Positions 1 to 11,425 of a stretch of 64,000 bases of DNA are shown one piece after another (position 1 is the stretch's first letter; every line of letters starts with the position of its first letter). Under the pieces are notes generated by a model. It saw nothing but the letters and a program-made list of their open reading frames with translations. It was not told the DNA's origin and did not search any database. Location: the NCBI RefSeq assembly GCF_000315625.1, contig NW_005434670.1, positions 414,711 through 478,710 on the forward strand, read 5' to 3'. The translations under genes and the position numbers were made by a program. Source of the stretch: Guillardia theta CCMP2712 (Eukaryota; Protista; Cryptophyta).

Positions 1-350
1 ACTGGCGGGATTACACTTGGCGGCCTGCCTATCGGCACGGATGGATTTCATGCTAGTCAGCTCCGAGCGAAGGTTTCTACCCTCAACGAAGAGCTCTCGA
101 AGCTCGGGCTCGTCCAGCATGGCTTCATGTTCAAGACGCTGGTGAGGGCGAGCCATCTCCAGAAGCTGCGCTTCTTCCTCCAGGGGTCTTCTCCGTTTCT
201 CCCGCGGGTCCAATCACAGATTCGTCGCTTTGACCTCTCTGTCCACCTGGCGCTTGAGAAATACCACCGCTGGCCTTCCTCGCAGTACCTCGCCGCGCAT
301 CCCGACCTGCTAGAGTTTGCGAGGTTCAAGCGGGAGCTTCCGCATGGGCA
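1..350 (+). mobile_element. CRE-clade non-LTR retrotransposon fragment, end of RT/thumb region (truncated by window start and by an internal deletion)
   Basis: Frame 1 reads GITLGGLPIGTDGF...LVRASHLQKLRFFLQ...RFDLSVHLAL...RELPHG, resembling the G-x-x-L-G-x-P-I-G...KL...FD...LP pattern downstream of the RT core in CRE/SLACS-type elements. At ~345 it jumps to the element's C-terminal region. Confidence 0.7.
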
Positions 351-960
351 TTGCCGCGGCGTCGCCGCCGTCACGGGCGGCTACCACTGACTCGGCTACC
401 GCTGACTCGGAGGCTAGCGAGGAGGACTACCTCGAGCGGTACCGTGTTCCTGTGTCCAGCCTCCCTCCGTCCGCTGCCCCCAGGGGGGCCCCCCGGCCAA
501 CGCCGGCTCCTTGTCGGGAGGTGCCCTTTTTCCGTCCGGGGGCCCCCGCTTTGTAGCCGGGCGGACGTACCGACTGAGAGAGAAAGGCGGCTGCCTCCGG
601 GTATNNNNNNNNNNNNNNNNNNNNNNNNNNNNNNNNNNNNNNNNNNNNNNNNNNNNNNNNNNNNNNNNNNNNNNNNNNNNNNNNNNNNNNNNNNNNNNNN
701 NNNNGATTTTATTCCTCCTGCATGCTCCTGCTGCTTGTTGCTTGATTGCTTGACCCTTAGGCTGCTTGTCGGTACGGTCTGCGCGGCTTCGCGCTTGGGC
801 TGGCGCTGCCGCGCTGACGGTTGCCAGCAGTGCTGGTTCTTTTCGGGCTTGTGTTTTGTGTGTGATTGTGCAGCTTCTCGCTGTGGACTGTGTGCCTGCC
901 GGTTCAGCTTGTTCCTGCTTTGTTTTGCTTGAGGCACTTTTTACCTTCTGCCAGTAAATC
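345..960 (+). mobile_element. 3' part of the same retroelement (low-complexity C-terminal tail plus 3' UTR), interrupted by an assembly gap
   Basis: Near-identical to the reverse complement of 1140-1495 and of 2300-2460 (e.g. GIAAASPPSRAAT...EEDYLERYRV; gcttctcgctgtg...gttcctgctttgttttgcttgaggcact). Confidence 0.8.
605..704. other. Assembly gap (100 N)
   Basis: Run of N. Confidence 1.
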
Positions 961-1139
961 CTATAGCCTTAGACGCGATACCCGGAGGCAGCTGACTGAC
1001 CACTGTCAGTCGAGACGTCCGCTGAAAAGAACCAGCACTGCTGGCACCCAGACGCGGCACCGCCAGCCCAAGCGCGAAGCCGCGTGGATATCGCCCTTCA
1101 TCTTGCGGCCATGAGGATGGGAGGGGTTTACAGATTTAC

Positions 1140-2290
1140 TGGTAGAAGGTAAAAAGTGCCTCAAGCAAAACAAAGCAGGAACCGGTCGATGGATTTACTG
1201 GCAGAAGGTAAACTGGTCGATGGATTTACTGGCAGAAGGTAAACTGAAAGTGCCTCAAGCAAAACAAAGCAGGAACAAGCTAAACCTCCTGGCACACAGC
1301 GCACAGCGAGAAGCTGCACGCCGACAAGGAGCCGGCGTTGCCCGGGGGTCCGCCGGGGGCAGCGGACGGAGGGAGGCTGGACACATGAACACGGTACCGC
1401 TCGAGGTAGTCCTCCTCGCTAGCAGGCTCCGAGTCAGCGGTAGCCGAGTCAGCGGTAGCAGCCCGTGACGGCGGCGACGCCGCAGCAATGCCCAAGGACC
1501 GGCGTGACCCGACCGATGCCGGGGAGGAAGCAGGCGAGCTCGGACCAGCAGCAAGCACCCCAGTGGTGTCGAGCTCTCCGGAGGCACCCGGCGACGTCAC
1601 AGAGAGGGACGGAGACGCTCAGCCAGCTCCGCGCCGATCGTCGGGGCCACTCGAAGTGTTTCCCCCATCGGAGTCGGAGACCTCCGGCGAAGACTCCCCC
1701 TCAGGCGACTCGACAAAGTCCGAGGAGGAGCTGTCCTCTGGCTCGAGAAGTGCTTGCGCCCGCAAGGGCGTCATGCGCCTCGCACCAGACAAGAGCGCCT
1801 CCAGCGTCAGCTGCATAGTGAGGCGCTGATAGGTGGCGGCGCGTTTGCGAGCCAAGACCTCAGCAGCAGGTCCGTCATCTGAGGCACGAAGTGCCGACCA
1901 AACCGTCCGCATCCTCAAGAGGCATCGAGCGCTGAGCAATGATCGGATGTCCGCCAGATACCAGATGAAGCGGAGGGTGTCAGGATGCAGGGTACCGTCC
2001 GTCGAGATGGCAAGAGGGATGAACGCTCGAGGAGGAGTAGTCATAGCATATGCAGCGCGATGTTTGCGAATCTTCTCAGACGCTGCAACATGGAGGGCGT
2101 CGAGGTTGACCTCCCCCCACTTGGTCAGGTCGGCCGCTGAGAGCTACCAATGTACTAAGGGTGGACCAACGTCACGTCCGCCATCAAGCCCTCGTACTGC
2201 TCGGACCCTCGATCGCGGATGCCAGGGATGTGGATATCGCCCTTCATCTTGCGGCCATGAGGATGGGAGGGTACCTGGAACAAGCTAAAC
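1140..2290 (-). mobile_element. Degenerate CRE-clade non-LTR retrotransposon 3' half with restriction-like endonuclease (RLE) domain; pseudogenised
   Basis: Minus strand reads HPHGRKMKGDIHIPG...LMADVTLVHP* then, after a frameshift, ...LHVAASEKIRKHRAAY...FIPLAISTDGTLHPDTLRFI...YQRLTMQL. This is the (P/G)D..DVT.VHP / EK..K / F.PLA..T.G.L RLE signature. There is an in-frame TAG at ~2155 and a frameshift at ~2140. Confidence 0.8.
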
Positions 2291-2870
2291 CTCCATTGTA
2301 TCTCCAGGCACACAGCGCACAGCGAGAAGCTGCACAATCACACACAAAACACAAGCCCGAAAAGAACCAGCACTGCTGGCAACCAGACGCGGAGTAATGG
2401 ATAAAACAGGAGGAATAAAATCCCTTAGACGCGATACCCGGAGGCAGCCGACTGACCACTCAGTCAGTCATGGACGTCGGATGCCTCCGGAGAGCTCGAC
2501 ACCACTGGGGTGCTTGCTGCTGGTCCGAGCTCACCTGCCTTCGATGCCACCGCCGCACAGCCCCGGTCCCTGGGCATTGATGTGGCGTCCGAGTCGCCGC
2601 CGTCACGGGTGGTCCGAGGCACGCCGCCGGGACGGTTGCCGGCGCTGCCGAGGAGTATCATTGTGACGTCGGATGCCTCCGGAGAGCTCGACGCCACTCA
2701 CACCTGGTCCGAGCTCGCCTGCTTGCCTCCCGATCGGACGGGGTCCTTGCGCGTCGACTGACAGCGGTCCGACGGTCAGTCGGCTGCCGGCCGCTCCGAG
2801 CCGGGCCCGGTATCGCCGGCCCCGGACCCGGGGCCCGCCGGGCCCGGAGCGAAGTTGGGAGCCTCGGAGT
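2280..2870. mobile_element. Rearranged short fragments of the same retroelement in both orientations
   Basis: 2300-2460 matches the 3' UTR and flank seen at 590-900 and 965-1040. 2475-2610 and 2665-2750 repeat the inverse of 1460-1600. 2775-2816 is a copy of the ggtcagtcggctgcctccgggtatcgc segment with insertions. Confidence 0.75.
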
Positions 2871-4094
2871 CAAAAAAGGAGCTAGCGCCGGGAAGTAGAG
2901 GTGAGGAGGTGAGCGGTTGAGGGGAGCAGTAGAGAGGAGGTTGGTGGAGAGTAGAAGAGCGAAGGACAGGTTAGAAGCGAAAAGGAGAAGATTGTAGGGC
3001 CAAATTGAATGGAGAGGATCGAAAGGAGTAGTGGATGCGTTCTCTGAATCGGAAGAAGAGTGTGGAGTTGTTTGATGTAGTTTTTGAGATGATCTGTGGG
3101 AGGAGGAACAGGCAGGACGGATGGAAGGAATTGCGGGTATGGGAGGGAGGGAGATGTGGAGAATACAAGAGCCGGAGAAGCGAAGACCCCGGGCTTCTTC
3201 CTGCTTCTCATTTACCTATGTTGAGGTCTCGCATGCTCTGCCGAACTCTTCGAGGATGAGCGAGGTGCCATGGCAGTGAAGGTGCGACAATGCGCAGCCT
3301 CTCCTCTTCCATTCCTCGTTCATCCTCCTCCTTGTTTGCGTTCACTCCAAAGCGCACCTGCCGCTCTGTGACGTCTATCAACCCAACCATCTCATCTGCA
3401 AATCTCAGGCCTCACCAGCGGTACTTGCTGCCCTTGATCCGTCGAGGTGAGAGAGAGGGAGAGGAAGAGAGAGGGAGAGGAAGAGAGATGGAGAGAGGGA
3501 TAGAAGGAGACGTGTCTGATGTTGAGATTTGCAGGCTAGAAGGAGCAAGTCCGGGTAAATCTCCTTCATTTTTCATTGATGGAGAGAAAATCCGTACTGA
3601 TTGTAATTCACCATGTTGAGAATGCTGAAAGATCATTCATGTGTGTGTGCGTACGTGGAGAATAACACGAAATGAAGATTGATCCCTCTTCAGAGGCCCA
3701 TGCTGTTACTTGTCGTCTGCTGGATGGGACGTCGGTCGATATCTTGGTGAAGAGCTTGGTCGCTGAAATTTTGACTGAGCATGCGGGCAGAAGTACGAAG
3801 CGGAGCTTGTACGATCGGTAGCATGCCTCAAACAAGCGATGGTGGTTGGGGACGCCAGGCCTTACTTAGCGGCTCTCTTAAGCCTGAAGACAGTGAGATG
3901 AACAAGGAGCGGGAGGGTGTTGACAGAGTGATGAGGTGCCCGGGACGAAAGAGCTGCATGCAGATGCGAAAGAGGCGGCAAGAAGGGGAGGAAGCGACGC
4001 GAAGACAGTGAAAGACGCGTGTCTGTGCGACAACTTTCAAAGGTCAATGGCCATTCGTGATACTCCGGCCTGATGGTCTGGCGGCTTCTTAAGT

Positions 4095-5453
4095 GTGTGG
4101 CAGGCACATGTCAGAGCAGATCGCGCTCTTCAACGCTGGCGTCTCGTGCTGGATCCAAGTAGACTTGACTTGTCCCTCCCCTCCTGCTGTCTGATGCTCA
4201 CACAGCGCTTCGTCATCGTTCCCTTCAAACTGCCCAAGACAAACAGGCTGAGAGACCCGCGGGTCAGGCAGGAGCTGACGGACAAGTACCGGATCACCAT
4301 CTCCAACCTTTACCGTCAAGACACTCACACGCTAACGCCTCCTGCCCTCGAGCTTGAGAAAAGTCGCATGTCACCAGCCCTCGCATCCTCCTCCTTGTCT
4401 TGCATCGAACCCGATTGTCTTCTCGCGCACTCGATCATGTTGAGAGACGTTGAACTCTCGCCATCTTCATCGGTAGACGTGCAAGATGAGGAGATTGACG
4501 AGCTGCATGTTCATCTTGATCTCAATCTGGTGGGCGAGTCAGAACGGGCGAGGAGGAAGGTGAAGGAGGAAGGTCCTTGTGAAGGTCTTAGATCAGCTGA
4601 TCTGTCCCCTGCTCGTCTCCATGAGTGCAGCGACGATCCTCAAAACTTCGACCTGGAGGACCAGGACGCTCAGGTCTGTGCGTTCGACACAGCCGAGCCT
4701 GAGGGGATGCAAGCGGCAGCAGCGACGGAGAAGAGAATTACTAGGAAGGCGAAGGGAAGCAACAAGAAATCCAAGCCTGCACTCAACAGCCTCGCCTTGC
4801 AGGTGGTTGGAGGATGAGACGGAGGTAGGCACTCAAGCTCAGGCGCTTGCAGGCCGAGAGGATGGGAATGCTTGCGGCAGAGTCGATGGAGGATTGTGCA
4901 GAGAGGCTGCCAAGTTGGGCGACAGGCAAACGAAGAGAAAAGAAGAAGAAAGAAAAGAGAAGCGAATTCGTCTCGCTGCGGCAGAGACCTGAAGATCCTC
5001 AACCTGAGCGACCTGGAGTCGCTGTCAGAGACCCGCGCTCCGACCGCCAAGGAGAGGAGGGGGGCGAAACAGAAGCAGAAAGTTGGACGGGGACTGGCAG
5101 ACCATCCTTCCTCGACCGTTACATCCAGGTATCGTCGACTGGTTTAGATGATGCCATACCCTCGCTCCCCTCCTCCTAACTCACTGAATCCTTCAGCCGA
5201 GTACGAAAGCGAGGATGCTCTTTGTCATCGGTACCCTCATCCCCATCTTCCTCATCCTCAACATCTTGTTGCACTTTCGATGTCAGGTAGAAATGTTGCT
5301 CCTCATGCCGGGCTGATGCCGCGCCAGCATCCTTACATGAGGAAGTGGGTCAAGTACAGCTGCGTCGCTCTGCTCCTCTGGCTTCTCATCGCCATCTTAT
5401 GGGTCATCATCGCTGTGATGGAGGCCAAGGCATCAGCAACTTTGGGAGGCTGA
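4095..5453 (+). CDS. Hypothetical spliced protein with C-terminal transmembrane helix (start uncertain)
   Basis: Consecutive open frames 4095-4817, ~4820-5147 and 5148-5453, ending in the hydrophobic segment YSCVALLLWLLIAILWVIIAVM. No recognised domain. Confidence 0.4.
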
Positions 5454-5531
5454 CAGACGTATGTGCGGGACATTCGCTATGTGATGATACGAAAAGAGAA
5501 GCCGGCGATGGCGGTAGATAAGCTAAGTCGC

Positions 5532-8422
5532 TCATGAGAGAGGAGTGAAATCGTTGACAATCTTCACCTCCAGAACCTGATCAGTCAAGCTGCTCAGCGC
5601 TATGCTCCACCACATGTGCCTTACCAACGGCCGAGGGATAGAGACAATCCTGCCCTTCACGTTGATCCTGACTGCCTCCTCCGACCGATCCTGCGATCTC
5701 TTAAAATGAGAGCATGAGGGCTGTGCACCAGACGTGTAGGTTGCCCTCAAAGACGAGCTTGTTCTTGAAAGGCTCCTTGGTCGTCACCGTCACTGGGAAG
5801 CCCTTGAAGGCAGCAAACTCCCGGCTTGCAATGTGACATGTCAGAATGCAGAACAAGGAAGAGGCGATATGGGCAAGAGACGGGAAAGTGAAGACGCAAG
5901 AGAAGGAGAGGCAGGAGAAGTCTCACTCTCTTGTGAGCACATCCTTTGCTCCCGGTGTGGAGACCACGAGGTTGTAAGGCCTGTCGAGCATGAAAGGAGC
6001 CGCATCAAGCCGGAAACCTGCAGACTCATCACCTATCTCTCTCAACCTGAGTACCTGCCTTCAACAGAGCTTCCCCCTGCTCTCATGGCCGCCCTTTCCC
6101 TTTTGCCCTCCCTGTCCTTACCGAGTGACTTGCTCAACCTCTCGCATTCTTCGATTCCCACAGAGAATTGGTCGGCATCGACATGCTCCACCTGCCGTAT
6201 CCATCAGCCGTTGGCGAGATCTCAGCGATCTCCACCTTGAACACAAGCTTTCCTCTTGTCCATCGCGCATCAACAACCTAGCAGCGGTGAGGGGATACCC
6301 GGCAACGAGGCAGCAGGAGACCCGCAGAGACATGTCGGCAGCCTCCTGCTCCGCCATCTCCCTTGCCTGCTTAGAGTGACCAGAGCGAAAAGCATGGTAG
6401 CATGAAATACCTGCTGCACCCAAGACAAGCCTTGACCTTCATCCGGGCCATCTTCGTCCTCATCCTGTCACAAAGAAAGTCAGCAGGTCGTCAACCCGAA
6501 TTAGCTCTTCCAACATCTTCCCAGCCTGTCATGGGACTCTCATCTTGATCCTCCACGTCTTCTTCCTCGTCAACTTCCTCCATGAGCTCCTCGATTGCAG
6601 CTCTTGTTGAGGGACCTATGCAACATCAAGGTGATTGTACAATACTGACAAGATCACCAGAGTCGGCTGCCGAGCCTGCTTCTTCGATCTCCGCTAGTTT
6701 TAAAGCTTCAGCGATGTCGTCCATGGCCTGTAGGGGGGAGGTAAGAGGCATGGAGGTGGCTGTTCCTCTCTCCCTCACATCCGATGGCGCCTGAAACTTC
6801 ATGCCTGAGGCCTCCATCGCCTTGAGAATCTGCTGCTTGAAATCTCTCTCCTCGCTTGTTGAGGAATACTCGAGCCGCGTCAGCTGATCGATGCTCTGTT
6901 GGATTCCCTCCGCGTCATTCGACCTGACGCTCTCATCCAAACTATTCAAAGTCCAATCTGTCGACAAACTCAGTGCAGAACATCATCAGGGCAAATCTCA
7001 AGGACCAATCGCAAGCTTCTTGTCTTGGACTTTGTCGAACATATCAACACCGTCCCACTCAGTTGACTCATGAGCCGTTTGGATTGCTACGGCAAATTCA
7101 AATGCCTCTTGTTGCGATACCTCGCGTCCTGTGAGTTCTCTAAGAGCTCTCAAAGTCTTTTCAAGATTCTTGTTGGAATCTTTTATCGCCGCTACTTCGA
7201 CAAATCTCAAAGAAAGCAGGCAGTCAGCCAGCAGGTCTTCATCGCCGCTCTCTATGGCTTCATCAAGAAGTCGTTCAATGGCAGCAGCCTGTGTAAAAGT
7301 TGAGAGGATAGAGCAACTGATTCAGAGACAGTTGGAGACCTTTAGCCGTTTGTCTTGAATCTCCCTCAGAGACCTCCACACATCTTCGTCCTCATCATCC
7401 CCTAATTCGGACTCTACTCCCTCAACTTGAGCAATTACGTCTGAGATTTCTTGTGCAGCCTGAGCCGATTGCAAGTTTTCAATTCCTGTCTTTGAAAGAA
7501 GATCCTTGATGAGGGAGGGGTCGACTGCCTGGCCTGACACCGCGCTTCCAGCTTCGTCACCCATCAACTTTTCTAGAGTTCTCAAGGCCTTCTCCAGCAG
7601 CTTGCTGTCATTGCTGCTGACTGCGTCGTCGATAATCTTTCCAAGTGCCTGAACCCTGACATTCTTGTTTCCGACTCCCTCTAAGATCTCGAATATATCG
7701 ACGTCATGCCCTTCTTCAATCGCCGCTCGCTCCAAAGCCAACGCAACTGCATCGGCCACTTCATCGACCGAGCCTTTGGAGGCCTCCGCCTCTTGTTCAC
7801 TCAAGGGCTTCAGAGCTCTCAACTTGGAAATGGCAATTTGAACACTCTCGGCATCGTTGGTGACGATGGATTCGTCAAGGTATTGCTCCAGCGCTTGAAT
7901 TTCAATCTCTTTTTCTGCCGCTTCAACCCCTGCAATGGTATCTGCCAAGTCCTCCGCAGCCTCCGCAGGAGTCTCAGTCTGCTTGCCCAGTACGCTGTTA
8001 ATCAAGTCTGTCTCCTTGGCTTTGTCAACGCTGGACTTATCGAAGGGTTTCTTTCCTGCCAGCGGTCCTTGAATCTTCTCTAGCTTCGCGAGAGCTCGGC
8101 TGATGGCACCAATATCATTCGACGCCACAGCCTCCTCTAGCTGCTGCTCTGCTTTCTCAAGCTCTTGCTGATTGATATAAAATGCTTTGTCCCCTGCTCC
8201 AGACATGCTCAGTGCCGTCTTTTTTGGAATGACACGTGGGTGTAGCATCGGAGAAAAGCTTGGCGATGTACCAAGACTGTGCTTGCAGCATGGTTCCCTT
8301 AGCTTTAACGACTGCCTCAAGCCCCTCAAGCGTGCTGTAAAATGACTGACAAAAGCCAAACTCGTAGAGAGTTGGAGAATGAGAGCGAAAACGACGAGAG
8401 AAGACTTGAAAAGAACTACCAT
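5532..8422 (-). CDS. rimP: Plastid-targeted ribosome maturation factor RimP with long N-terminal acidic helical-repeat extension (multi-exon)
   Basis: N-terminal signal peptide ending SLA|FVSH (bipartite plastid motif). C-terminal exons YNLVVSTPGAKD, REFAAFKGFPVTVTTKEPFKNKLVFEG and VRINVKGRIVSIPRPLV match cyanobacterial-type RimP (LEVSSPG...REF..FKGFPV...KGR...IPR). Confidence 0.8.
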
Positions 8423-9079
8423 CGCCTACAGACAACATCGTAGGTCAGAGCTAAATCGATCACCCTAAGTGGCTTGAATTCATATCTCTATGTTTGATTT
8501 GATTTACATGATATCATCAGCCCCATATTGCTCAAGCTCTCGTTTGATGAAAATTCCATGCTTACCATTACTATCAAGTCATTCTCTATGTACCTGCCAG
8601 AACCTGGCTTCTCCTTTCTCCAACTCCACTCCCTCGCTCCCTTTCTGCTAACAACATCTCTTCCGAGCTCATGCCATCGCTTCTATCATACTTCAGCTAC
8701 TTCGCATGCTCCCCTCCCGCCCCTCCCCCCCTCCCCCTTCGTCATCCTCCGCCTTCGCCGACTGAAATGCGGCATCGCGAATCCTCTTGCCTAGGGACGC
8801 AAGGAGACTCGATAAAAGAGATATCAGGGTGGGTAGTCAAATATGCCCAACGGGGGTGGGTAGTCAAAGTGCGCAACGGGGGTATGCAGTCACATCATTC
8901 ATTCAGCCAATAGGGAGACAAGGGGTGGGTGTCTAGTCAGAGGGTAGGGGTCCGATGGCTGTTAGTCGAAGGGAGAGATCCTCGCATGAGGGAAGTCGGC
9001 GACGGTAGCAGTAAGAAAGCGAGAAAGACGAGAGAGCATGGAGGAAGAAGATCGAGGGGAGATGACCACAGAGGCCTGT

Positions 9080-10669
9080 CAACACAACATCACCGCCTTC
9101 ATCCCATGGTTACACTCACTTTGCCTGTTCAGAGACCTCGTGGACGAGCTCACCCTGGCGACCGATATGAAACAGTTAGTTAGGACCAATTGCACATGAA
9201 TTTGGAACCGAAGGCGTCTGATCCTTTAAGCAGCCAGGAGTTAAGTAGGATTTGAACGATGAGGTCCAGCCCTGCATGGTTGGCGATTCAGATCAACCTC
9301 AGAGAGAACAGGAAGATCATGAGTTACACAAGAGATCAAATTATAGAACAAATACCAGCCAGATCATCCGTTGCAAGTTTGAGGAGGTGGATGCTATCTC
9401 ACTATGATACCACATTGCTAATTTTCCGTTAAGAGGAAGAAGGTTGGCGCTGAAAAACAAATGAGAAAAAACAATTGAGAAGCACCACGAAATTCTCTGC
9501 TGGTGAAGGAACATGTTTGTACCTAGTATAGATCGAAAAAGCAAGCGATGTGCCATCGACGGCCTTGAAGACCAAGACAAAAGAACATAATGCCAGCAAA
9601 GTGCAAATGAGTGTCAAAGTTGAAATGGAGGCTCCCTCGTCCTTGATGCCATTGCAACGAGCCTCGTTGGAATGAAGTTCCTACGCAAGTGAATCAACAA
9701 AATTAACGAGATTTTGGTTCAAATACCTCCTTTTGTCCGACTGAAAGCTCTTCGGCAAAAAGTTTCCTATTCACATGCAAAGGGGCCAATCGATGTCTTG
9801 AATCTTCTGCGATGAAAAATTGTTGGAGTTCTGGTGTCTGTTTCACCAGAATCTCTTGTATACTTCCCACCTGATCCTGTGCTACTTCTGTGTTCTTAGG
9901 TCCACTGAGACCACCAGACCAATCCTGACACGGTAAGCACGATGCAGTTGGAGACTTTCTTGATCTCTGATACGCACTTCTCAAGTCATGAGTTCTTCTG
10001 TCAACCACTGCAGGAATGTTCTTGTCTTCTGAAATTCCAATACAGTCTTGAAACCAGTCCGCCGGCAAAGATTCATCTAGGACGTGGAGAACATCCATAT
10101 CTGATGAGTTGCGTCTTTAAACCAACAACATGAAACTTCTGGGGAGGCAACAGACTCACCCTCATGACTCGCTTCAGAGGGACTGAGGTGAGAAATGGTT
10201 GGGGTTGGACATGAAGCCACCTCGTCTTCGCCTCCTCGTTTGGTTGTTCTACCCCGTCCTACTGTTGAGCAGCAGGTTGAATTTGATCAGATTGTAAAAG
10301 TAATCGAAATTATTTAATTACCTAGACCCAGCTGACTTTTGACGGCGAGGAAAACTTCCTTGCTGTTGAATCGAGGGGAAACGTTGGTCGCTACCTTGCT
10401 GCAGTTCTTGGCAAGATGATACGCCGCTAATTTCAGTTTTGGAACCTTGCTGTTTAAAACACCTGCAACAAATCATTAAGTCGAACTAATAAAGAAGAAA
10501 TTTGTTGACATGAGCAAAAAGCTTCAAAACACTCAGACAATTGATCATACAAGTATCAATATGTCTCACCAGGGGATGAGATCTGATGACGAGGAAGTGG
10601 AGAGTTCAACAGAGGAGATGGATCTGCTTTTGATGGCAGCAAGCGAGCAGCTTCCCCCTCGTCCTCCAT
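9080..10669 (-). CDS. Hypothetical multi-exon protein with hydrophobic (TM) segment; 3' end uncertain
   Basis: ATG at 10669 (MEDEGEAARLL). Exons join in frame via GT-AG introns into the 9703-10098 ORF, followed by TLTLICTLLALCSFVLVFKAV. Confidence 0.45.
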
Positions 10670-10704
10670 GGAGTCATCGTATCCCTCCATTCCGCCTTCT
10701 GACC

Positions 10705-10830
10705 ACGTAACCGCCTAGCCGTTCTTCATATTGCTGTAACTGACAGATTGATATGTAACGGGCGACGAAAAATTGTGACGGCAGTTACAACCATGTAACG
10801 ATATTGGAGTCATGAAACCACAGTAACGGT
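10705..10830. promoter_or_regulatory. Cluster of GTAACNR (Myb-like) motifs upstream of the 10669 ATG
   Basis: Six copies at ~10707, 10736, 10755, 10781 (reverse), 10795 and 10823. Confidence 0.5.
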
Positions 10831-11199
10831 CTATCTTACGGGTATCTCGCCCGATCTCTGCCATTCAGATAAAAACAACATTTTAAGAATTGAAGCCGTC
10901 CCCCATCAACCCCATACCCCTAGAAGAGGACTTGCGGTAAGTAGGGGGGGTCAGGTGGACTTCTAGCCTCAAGGGATTCGGGTAGGTGAGGTAGGGTGGT
11001 TGGAGGCTACGGGTTATCACTCCATTCTGAGCTTGACCGATGGTCGAGTCTGGTGCTGTAGAGAGGCCGCTGGTAACTGACTGCCTCGCCTAACTGGGGT
11101 ACTGACCATGGTAGGCGAAACAAGGGGTATGGAAAGCGGCAGAAGGCCATGGCCCGGAGTAGGGTAGGGTCTGAACGATTGAAAAGTGGAGCATGCCAT

Positions 11200-11425
11200 A
11201 CTTTACGAGATGGTATCTGGGAAGAACAAAACGGAAACATGTCCTTTGAAGAAGAGGCTAAAGAATCTCGATGAATCTCGGAGGGCCGGAAGCAAAAAAA
11301 GAGTAGTTAGCGCAACGAACGAATCAACCATTGTGATTCTGTAAGATCTCGCAATTTGAGATCGCACGAGATTGTAGGAGATCATGATTATGAGATCGGG
11401 GCTAATCTCGACGTAGGAGATACGG
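11200..11425. promoter_or_regulatory. Cluster of GAGAT/ATCTC motifs
   Basis: About 10 copies at 11206, 11264, 11274, 11345, 11358, 11367, 11378, 11392, 11404 and 11417. Confidence 0.45.

Noticed and set aside
3200-4050. Possible small spliced gene on the minus strand
   Set aside because: Could not assemble a consistent exon chain or recognise a domain.
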